A stretch of 64,000 nt of DNA, from the NCBI GenBank assembly GCA_041658405.1, contig JBBAAG010000002.1:453-64452 (forward strand). Reading direction: 5' to 3'. A model generated the notes under the pieces. That model saw only the letters and a list, made by a program, of their open reading frames with translations. It was not told the origin of the DNA and made no database searches. Both the position numbers and the translations under genes were made by a program. The stretch comes from Elusimicrobiota bacterium. GTDB taxonomy: Bacteria; Elusimicrobiota; UBA5214; JBBAAG01. Shown piece by piece: positions 57,678-64,000 of the stretch; position 1 is the stretch's first letter; the number at the start of each line of letters is the position of its first letter.

Positions 57678-58741
57678 TTTCTTTTTGTATTATTGTAAAA
57701 AACGAAGAAAAGTATTTAGAGCGGTGTTTGGATAGCATTAAAACACTATCGGACGATATAATTATTGTTGACACCGGTTCTACCGACAACACCAAACAAA
57801 TCGCGGCGAAATACACCGACAATATCTACGATTTTGTATGGACTAACAACTTCGCCGATGCGCGGAATTATTCTATCAGTAAAGCCACTGGCGACTGGAT
57901 CATGTGGTTAGACGCGGATAACTATTTTGACCCCGAGCAAGCGGAGAAACTTAAACGTATCATGAAAAACCCGCATGTTATACGTAACGACGTAATAAAC
58001 GTGGCGATCCGCGATTTGAACTCAAAGATTGTATGGTCGGTCCCGAAAATATTCCGTAACAACGTTGGTATTAGGTTCAAAAATCCAATACACGAAACGC
58101 TTGATTATAAAGGCAAAAATATTGTTGCCGTAGATGTATATTTAAACCACGACCGTCCAGGTGCTGTAGACCGCGAGGAACGGTACTTCAAAATGTTACA
58201 GGAACAGTACGCGGTGGATAAAGACGACGTGTCAACAAACTTCTATCTCGCAAGTTACAATCTTAGGAGAAAGAACCATGATACTGCTGCTATGCATTAC
58301 CAAAACATGTTAAAAAGCGCGGAAATGCAAAAAGAAGCGTTTACCGGCCTGAGCCGGATAAGTTATTACAAAAAGAACTATACGGACGCGCTTGAATACG
58401 CGTATAAGTCGTTGATGCTGGATAACTCGTACCCCGATATTTATGTGTTGATCGCGAATATTTATGACGAACTTGGGCAAAAACTTAACGCTATCACAGC
58501 GAACAAAATAGCGTTACGGTTGGACAAGAATTTTAGCACAAATACCATTACCAACGAAGAAGCGTACAACTACGTACCGTGGGTCAACCTCGCGAAACTG
58601 TACGTTGACATTATGGCAATCGACCGCGCGATTGAGAGTTATAATGAAGCGTTAAAGTACGCGGATACCCAAGAAAAGAAAAATATAGTACTGAAAAATC
58701 TTGAGCTAATAAAAACCAATTTTAAGAAACTGGAAGTATAG
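57674..58741 (+). CDS. family-2 glycosyltransferase with C-terminal TPR repeats
   Basis: ISFCIIVKNEEKYLERCLDSI, IIVDTGSTD, WLDADNYF (DxD). The C-terminal half is TPR-like. Confidence 0.65.
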   Translation: MISFCIIVKNEEKYLERCLDSIKTLSDDIIIVDTGSTDNTKQIAAKYTDNIYDFVWTNNFADARNYSISKATGDWIMWLDADNYFDPEQAEKLKRIMKNPHVIRNDVINVAIRDLNSKIVWSVPKIFRNNVGIRFKNPIHETLDYKGKNIVAVDVYLNHDRPGAVDREERYFKMLQEQYAVDKDDVSTNFYLASYNLRRKNHDTAAMHYQNMLKSAEMQKEAFTGLSRISYYKKNYTDALEYAYKSLMLDNSYPDIYVLIANIYDELGQKLNAITANKIALRLDKNFSTNTITNEEAYNYVPWVNLAKLYVDIMAIDRAIESYNEALKYADTQEKKNIVLKNLELIKTNFKKLEV

Positions 58742-58773
58742 AAAACTAAGAAAGGTTAAGGAGGAAATGTTTT

Positions 58774-59436
58774 ATGTCAAACAAAGTTGGGATAGGGACG
58801 GAAACGCCGTTAAGTCAACTGGATGTCAACGGTTCTGTAGCAATCGGTACGTATGCCGGTGCTAATGCGGGTCCGAGTAATGGTATGATAGTTAGTGGGA
58901 ATGTTGGTGTCGGAACAAACAATCCCGTAGAAAAATTGCAGGTTGCGGGAAATATAAAGATTACCGGTTACAAAAATCTGTACTTTATCGACGGGGGGTA
59001 TACACATGCAATAGGGCAATACCAAGAAGCTTCAGATTGGCTAGCCTTTGGCTCGGCAAAATTTCGATGGTTTGGAGGCCCTGATTTTTCATCTGATCAG
59101 GTAATAGCGTATATGGATAGCAACTCTTTTGTGTTAAGTCAAAGTTTGTCGGTAAAACAATCCGCTACGTTTAATTATGATAAAGGCAACTATGATTTTA
59201 ATGTTAAAGGTGATAACGATGATAATTTGATATTTGCAGACGCAAGTGCTGATAAGGTCGGGATTGGGACGAGTTCACCAGATGGGAAACTAGATATAAA
59301 TGGTTCATTGGTTTTGAGAACAGCATCTACACCCAGTAATCCGCCTAGTGGTACTGTTGTATTGTGGTTTGATGGAACAGATCTAAAAGCAAAAAATAGT
59401 AGCGGAGATACAAAGGTAATTGCTGATTGGTCATAA
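58774..59436 (+). CDS. phage tail-fibre-like protein (VGIGTxxP..LDVNG repeats)
   Basis: KVGIGTETPLSQLDVNGSVAIG, VGVGTNNPVEKLQVAGNIKI, KVGIGTSSPDGKLDINGSLVL. There is no signal peptide. Confidence 0.5.
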   Translation: MSNKVGIGTETPLSQLDVNGSVAIGTYAGANAGPSNGMIVSGNVGVGTNNPVEKLQVAGNIKITGYKNLYFIDGGYTHAIGQYQEASDWLAFGSAKFRWFGGPDFSSDQVIAYMDSNSFVLSQSLSVKQSATFNYDKGNYDFNVKGDNDDNLIFADASADKVGIGTSSPDGKLDINGSLVLRTASTPSNPPSGTVVLWFDGTDLKAKNSSGDTKVIADWS

Positions 59437-59556
59437 CAATTCATATGTTTTTGTAATTTCATAAGATATTGTTTAATATTCTTTGAACATTTTAGTAAAA
59501 TTAAGTGTCTGTCTATATGAGAGCGTAAAGGTTTGCAATCATATGGGGGGGTACTT

Positions 59557-62250
59557 ATGAGACATGTAATATTGGCACTTATAACACTAATGTGTTCAGT
59601 TCAATTATGTAATAGTGAAAAATGGGAAATAAATGATATAGTTGCAGCTGATCCACAATCAAGTATCTCAATGAATATTGATTTAAATGATGAACTTAGT
59701 TTTGCTTATATAGACAAAATTACTCATCAAATGAAAGTATTAAATGAACAAAATAATATTTGGCAAAATATTTATGATGATACAAGTACAATAACCCCTC
59801 ATATTAGTGTTAAGCTAGATTCTTTTTTACTCCCACATATACTATACCTGAAAAAATTTAGCGACACAAGTTATGAGTTATATTATTCTTCATTTAATGG
59901 AACAGCATGGTTTCAAAATTTTATTACATCAGGTAATTTTAGTTCAAACACTTTACAAGCACTAGATTTGGATACTAATAATCGTCCACACATAATATAC
60001 GAAGATGAAATTTCATCAAAATTAGTTTATGTGTTTCAGAGTACAAATTCATGGGAATTTAGGAATGTTTCAAAATTCCAATCTGGTGGTTCATGTATAA
60101 AAGTTGATTCACATGGAATTACACATATTTGTTATACAACAGGTGGAAATCTGTATTACGTGAAGTACTTCGATGGAGTATTTCAGAGTAGTAATTCAAT
60201 TTCTGGCACATTCACAGATGTACAGAATTGTTCTTTGATCCTAGATATTAATGATAATCCGCATATTTGTTTCAATAGTCGAAACGGTCTTATTTATACA
60301 ACAAATATTAACAACAATTGGAGTTATCAAGTGGTAAACACAATTCCAGATAGCGGATATTATTCAAACATCTGCATTGATAAACAACAAAGAATTCTTA
60401 TATCTTACTGTATATTAGGCATGAAAAATAGTCTTTATTATGCAACTTTAAATAATAGTTCATGGATTAATCAATTTATTGATTCAATAAATATTATGCC
60501 GTCAATTGTGTCGGATTCCTTTAATCTTCCAATTATTGGGTATTATAATGAGGGTATAATAAAATATGCACGATACGATGCTTTTTCTCCTTCTAAAATT
60601 GAAAATATTTATAGTAATATTATTGAAAAGCCCGGGGAAGCTTTATTATTATGGATCTCTCCTGGGGATGATGGTACGACGAGCACACTCGCGAATGCAA
60701 AGTACAGGATAGATTATTCCACGTATTCTGGCTACCAATTTTCTACTTCTACTTACAGGATCGAAATCCCAACTACGACGCCAAACCAAATGGCACAAGC
60801 ATACACCCTTACCGGGTTGACCGGCGGGACGACGTATTACTTCGCGATGTACACAATTGACAATGCTGACAATATCTCAGAACTTTCGAACACCACAACA
60901 AGTTATGTAAAATCTTTGGTACTTGACCATTACGAAGTATCAATACCCACAACGCCCGTCACTACCGGCACAAGTTTTTCTATAACAGTTACTGCGAAGA
61001 ACAACGAAAACGATACGTTGCCCAATTACACCGGCGCAGTCGCGCTCCAACCTGTTCTTGCGTCGAACGATACACAATCCGGTAGCGGGGTGTTAGGCGT
61101 TGTCCAAGCAACGCTAGTCAACGGTACGGTAACGATTGCCAACCAAACCTACACAAAAGCTGAGAATATCAAACTCAAAGTTACCGACGCGGATGGAAAG
61201 ACAGGTGTTAGCAACCAGTTGACGGTTACTGCGAGCAGTTATGGCGCGTACATGACGTTAACCGCGAACCCGCAGGCTGCGATCAACGGGCAAACAGTGA
61301 CGCTTACAATAGATGCTAAAGACTATTATGGTAACGCTGTAGTAAACATCCCGTTAACGATGGAAGTAATCACCGGCGCTGGCGTGTTTGGAACAACCAC
61401 AACATATACTGACACTACCGGCCGGGGAACATCAACGTTTGTTCCATCATTATCCGGTACCGGAGAGTGTGTCCTGCGCGTAACGAGTCTGGGGTTGGCT
61501 TCCGTAGAGGTGAGGTTGTATGTATCAGTTTTAATCGTCGCGTCGGACGGCGGAGTAGTCATCGCGTCGGACGATCCTAAGACACTGATACGTATCCCAC
61601 CGTGGTTGTTGAAAACTGACTCAGAGGTAAATATTAAACGCAAGACCGACACTTCGGCTGGTGAAGGGCAGGAAGTGGAAGTTGTAGCGAAAGAGCGTGG
61701 AACGGGGAATGATATCACCGACCTTGACGGTACGGTTGAGCTAACAGTAGGCTACCAAGTTGATTCTAACGGTAAGGTTACGAATACTGACGTCGTGGAA
61801 TCCGACGCTGCGTCCGTTCTGGCTTTGTATTACCATGACGGCGTGCAATGGCAAAAACTTGATGGGAGTACAGTAGATACTGCGAACAAAACGGTGACAG
61901 TGAAAACGTCGCACCTGAGTCGGTATGCGTTACGCAGCAGCGGTACCGCAGCGCGGTCCACGAGTTTCCGGTTTACCGGCATCGGCCCGAACCCGTTCAC
62001 CCCGAACCCTGACGGTATATACGACCGCGTGTATTTTTATTATGAGAACCCCGAGAATAAAGACATTGAGGTGAGGATATACAAGCTTACCGGTGCGCTG
62101 GTACGTGTGATCACAGCAACCTCCGGTGTTGTGCCGTACTGGGACGGGCGGAACACAACCGGCGATATGATGGACGGCGGGGTGTATTTATATGGACTAA
62201 AAGTGGGGGGGAACGCGGTGGTTAAAGGGACGGTGGTGTTGGGGAAATGA
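59557..62250 (+). CDS. large secreted Ig-like repeat protein with a T9SS type-B (CHU_C) C-terminal domain
   Basis: Signal peptide MRHVILALITLMCSVQLCNS and Ig-like repeats. The C-terminus reads NPFTPNPDGIYD...IYKLTGALV...WDGRNTTGDMMDGGVYLYGL. The start is placed at the Met after the G-rich RBS; the tracked ORF uses TTG at 59533. Confidence 0.7.
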   Translation: MRHVILALITLMCSVQLCNSEKWEINDIVAADPQSSISMNIDLNDELSFAYIDKITHQMKVLNEQNNIWQNIYDDTSTITPHISVKLDSFLLPHILYLKKFSDTSYELYYSSFNGTAWFQNFITSGNFSSNTLQALDLDTNNRPHIIYEDEISSKLVYVFQSTNSWEFRNVSKFQSGGSCIKVDSHGITHICYTTGGNLYYVKYFDGVFQSSNSISGTFTDVQNCSLILDINDNPHICFNSRNGLIYTTNINNNWSYQVVNTIPDSGYYSNICIDKQQRILISYCILGMKNSLYYATLNNSSWINQFIDSINIMPSIVSDSFNLPIIGYYNEGIIKYARYDAFSPSKIENIYSNIIEKPGEALLLWISPGDDGTTSTLANAKYRIDYSTYSGYQFSTSTYRIEIPTTTPNQMAQAYTLTGLTGGTTYYFAMYTIDNADNISELSNTTTSYVKSLVLDHYEVSIPTTPVTTGTSFSITVTAKNNENDTLPNYTGAVALQPVLASNDTQSGSGVLGVVQATLVNGTVTIANQTYTKAENIKLKVTDADGKTGVSNQLTVTASSYGAYMTLTANPQAAINGQTVTLTIDAKDYYGNAVVNIPLTMEVITGAGVFGTTTTYTDTTGRGTSTFVPSLSGTGECVLRVTSLGLASVEVRLYVSVLIVASDGGVVIASDDPKTLIRIPPWLLKTDSEVNIKRKTDTSAGEGQEVEVVAKERGTGNDITDLDGTVELTVGYQVDSNGKVTNTDVVESDAASVLALYYHDGVQWQKLDGSTVDTANKTVTVKTSHLSRYALRSSGTAARSTSFRFTGIGPNPFTPNPDGIYDRVYFYYENPENKDIEVRIYKLTGALVRVITATSGVVPYWDGRNTTGDMMDGGVYLYGLKVGGNAVVKGTVVLGK

Positions 62251-63287
62251 GTATGATTATGTCGACGGTATATACCGCTCACTCAATAATCGTTTCGCAG
62301 ACGAAACGATTGAAAGCGTTCGCGGCATATATCGTCGACAAACAATTAATAATTTTATTTTTAGTATTGTTATTTACCCCATTACAAAACGGGGAGTGCG
62401 CGTTTGTGTATACGGACTACAGTGCGCGGGGGCTCGGGATGAACGGCGCGATCTGCACGGTTACCGGCGTTACCGCCGACACTGCGGGTGTGTATTACAA
62501 TCCGGCGTTAACCGCAATCAGCGGGGGGAACGAGAACACCTCGCGTCCCCGGGTGAGTATGTCGTACGAATCGTTGTATCCTGGCGTGATGGACAGTTTA
62601 TGGTTAGGTACGCTGGTGTACACGCATCCGGTGAACCGCATAGTGGGAACGTTTGGCGTGAACTACCTCCAGTTTGGTTCGAGTTTGTATAGCGAACAAG
62701 TTGCGGGACTTACCTATGCGCGGGAAATGCTATATTTTGAACCGTTAAAACTGGGTGTTACAGTGAAAACATTAACGAAAAGTTATGGGCAGACAGGGTA
62801 TACCAACCGCGACCCTACGTTTGCCAACGCAATGACCGCTACGGGTGTAAGCTACGACGTAGGGCTGACCTACGCAACACCGTTATCTGGCCTTGTGGCA
62901 GGCGCGTCTGCGCGTAACGTAGATCGTCCGAATATTAAGCTGGTGAAACGCGACATTGTTCCTGCGGAGTACCGCGTAGGTCTGGGCTACCAAATGGAAA
63001 CAGTATCGACCGAACTTGTGTATTATTGCACGACCTCTGCGGGTACGGACGCTGCGTTGTTGCTGGGCAGCGAATGGTGGATATTAAGAAACGTGTTTGC
63101 TTTCCGCGCAGGCTGCGGGTATGGCGTAAGCGAGTACAAGTCTGTATCTTTTGGGTTGAGTTACCGGTTTAGCATCCCCGGGATGAAAACGTTTATTACA
63201 CTCGATTACGGGTACGGCTATCAGTTCAACGGTGCGATGGATAATACCGTTGGGAACAACCTCGCGACGTTAAACATACAGTTTTGA
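62247..63287 (+). CDS. PorP/SprF-family T9SS outer-membrane beta-barrel
   Basis: N-terminal YTDYSARGLGMNGAICTV...GVYYNPALTAISGG resembles the PorP/SprF start (QFSQYM.N...NPA). It is rich in alternating aromatics and ends with an aromatic C-terminus. It overlaps the cargo gene by 4 bp. Confidence 0.6.
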   Translation: MSMIMSTVYTAHSIIVSQTKRLKAFAAYIVDKQLIILFLVLLFTPLQNGECAFVYTDYSARGLGMNGAICTVTGVTADTAGVYYNPALTAISGGNENTSRPRVSMSYESLYPGVMDSLWLGTLVYTHPVNRIVGTFGVNYLQFGSSLYSEQVAGLTYAREMLYFEPLKLGVTVKTLTKSYGQTGYTNRDPTFANAMTATGVSYDVGLTYATPLSGLVAGASARNVDRPNIKLVKRDIVPAEYRVGLGYQMETVSTELVYYCTTSAGTDAALLLGSEWWILRNVFAFRAGCGYGVSEYKSVSFGLSYRFSIPGMKTFITLDYGYGYQFNGAMDNTVGNNLATLNIQF

Positions 63288-63343
63288 TACAGCGTCAACC
63301 AAGAACCGAAGCGCTTATTTCCTTCACTCTATGATTCCGTTTT

Positions 63344-63460
63344 AACACAGGCACAGCAGCTCCGCTGGCCGCCCCGATTGTGTCGGGGCTTATGATTTCG
63401 CTCCGTGCAAGGGAAGTCGCGAAATATAAACCATCGTTACTGCTGTGCCTGTGTTTTGTC
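63344..63460. other. structured intergenic element: 16-bp perfect inverted repeat enclosing two hairpins, followed by a T-run
   Basis: AACACAGGCACAGCAG (63344-63359) pairs with CTGCTGTGCCTGTGTT (63440-63455). Inside are GCCCCGA-ttgtg-TCGGGGC and ATTTCGC-...-GCGAAAT. It is followed by GTGTTTTGTC. Confidence 0.5.
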
Positions 63461-63690
63461 GAATATCACGTTTAAAAGTTTTTTTCAGGTCGGAATCGAA
63501 AGCCGTTCAGAAAACAAGCGCTCCGGGTTGTTTTTATCTCGACAGCGTTGATGTTGTTACTAATATTTGATAAAATATTTATTAATATAGAATTGGATTC
63601 AAGTTGGTTTTTTTGAAAGGATGGGTTGGTGCGATGGATGGGTTATCGATCTCAGTTGCTAAAAACAGTTCAATTTATGGAAGTGATGAA

Positions 63691-63915
63691 ATGAAAAACG
63701 TAACGGCTGTGTATGAGAAACGCGGGAAGTATTATGTTGGATATATAAAAGAACTTCCCGGTGTAAACACGCAAGGTAGAACCCTGCAAGAAACGAAGAA
63801 GAATATTAAAGAAGCGCTGATGTTGATACGTAAAACTGAAAAACAGCTAAAAGATGAATGTATAAAACCAATAAAGACATTCACGCAACGTATTGCAATC
63901 CGCGCTTCAAAATGA
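63691..63915 (+). CDS. hicB: HicB-family antitoxin
   Basis: MKNVTAVYEKRGKYYVGYIKELPGVNTQGRTLQETKKNIKEAL is a HicB_N-like fold. The tracked ORF starts at a TTG at 63604; the Met at 63691 fits the family better. Confidence 0.6.
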   Translation: MKNVTAVYEKRGKYYVGYIKELPGVNTQGRTLQETKKNIKEALMLIRKTEKQLKDECIKPIKTFTQRIAIRASK

Positions 63916-64000
63916 AAACTAAAGAGTTTATACGTTACCTTTCTTTGCACAACTGTGTTTTATTCAGACAAGGGAAGAAACATTCAGTATTCATAAATCT
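63912..64000 (+). CDS. hicA: HicA-family mRNA interferase toxin; N-terminal part, runs off the window end
   Basis: MKTKEFIRYLSLHNCVLFRQGKKHSVFIN matches the HicA N-terminus (MK.KE....L...G....RQ.GSH....). Its ATG overlaps the hicB stop (ATGA). Confidence 0.6.
   Translation, partial: MKTKEFIRYLSLHNCVLFRQGKKHSVFIN

Noticed and set aside
62205-62211. G7 run near the 3' end of the cargo gene, and G7 in the RBS region at 59544-59550
   Set aside because: They are below the length usually associated with slippage. The first encodes an ordinary VGGN segment, and the second plausibly serves as the Shine-Dalgarno.
1-64000. CRISPR arrays, tRNA and rRNA genes, integrases and transposases
   Set aside because: Scanning intergenic regions by eye found no regularly spaced direct repeats, no GTTCGAATC-type T-loops in cloverleaf context, no rRNA-like segments, and no recombinase motifs. 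A tRNAscan/Infernal run would be needed to be definitive.

Overview
This is a 64-kb chromosomal window from a Gram-negative bacterium, probably a Bacteroidota/FCB-group relative. The lineage guess rests on T9SS type-B CTD proteins with an adjacent PorP/SprF-like gene, the DapL lysine route, and nadX with nadA. Most of the window is dense core genome. It holds a MacAB-TolC-like efflux operon, htrA, two-component signalling genes, a lipoprotein/cell-wall cluster (blc, tlpA-like, mltA), and NAD, pantothenate and folate genes (nadX, nadA, panC, folK). Lysine genes (dapL, dapB, dapA, dapF, lysA) and arginine genes (argG, argH) lie in long overlapping minus-strand operons. Three regions stand out. 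(1) An accessory/defence island of about 7.6 kb at 30.5-38.2 kb that looks AT-richer by eye. It splits the lysine genes dapB and dapA-dapF-lysA. It carries a MazG-like NTP pyrophosphohydrolase with a DUF2075 nuclease-ATPase, a TPR + HExxH protein with an in-frame C10 tract, and a decayed type I R-M locus (hsdM and hsdS remnants plus a DUF45 metallohydrolase). That locus still encloses an intact AbiEii-like nucleotidyltransferase + winged-helix protein pair, which is the best candidate for an undescribed system. The island also carries a C-terminal fragment of a second DUF2075 homolog. (2) A tandem duplication of a small secreted M23-like peptidase gene at 4.6-6.2 kb. Both copies have identical 5' leaders, shared upstream GTGTGCAAA repeat boxes and identical terminators. 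(3) A cluster at 51-63 kb under an ECF sigma/anti-sigma pair and an atypical OmpR-like regulator. The anti-sigma factor carries a CHU_C/T9SS type-B C-terminal domain, and the regulator ends in a G10 tract. The cluster has four glycosyltransferase-like genes, a 7-bladed FDGxYIWV beta-propeller, a phage-tail-fibre-like protein, a 905-aa T9SS type-B cargo with its PorP/SprF partner, a nested-hairpin intergenic element, and a hicB-hicA pair cut by the window edge. No tRNA, rRNA or CRISPR array was found.
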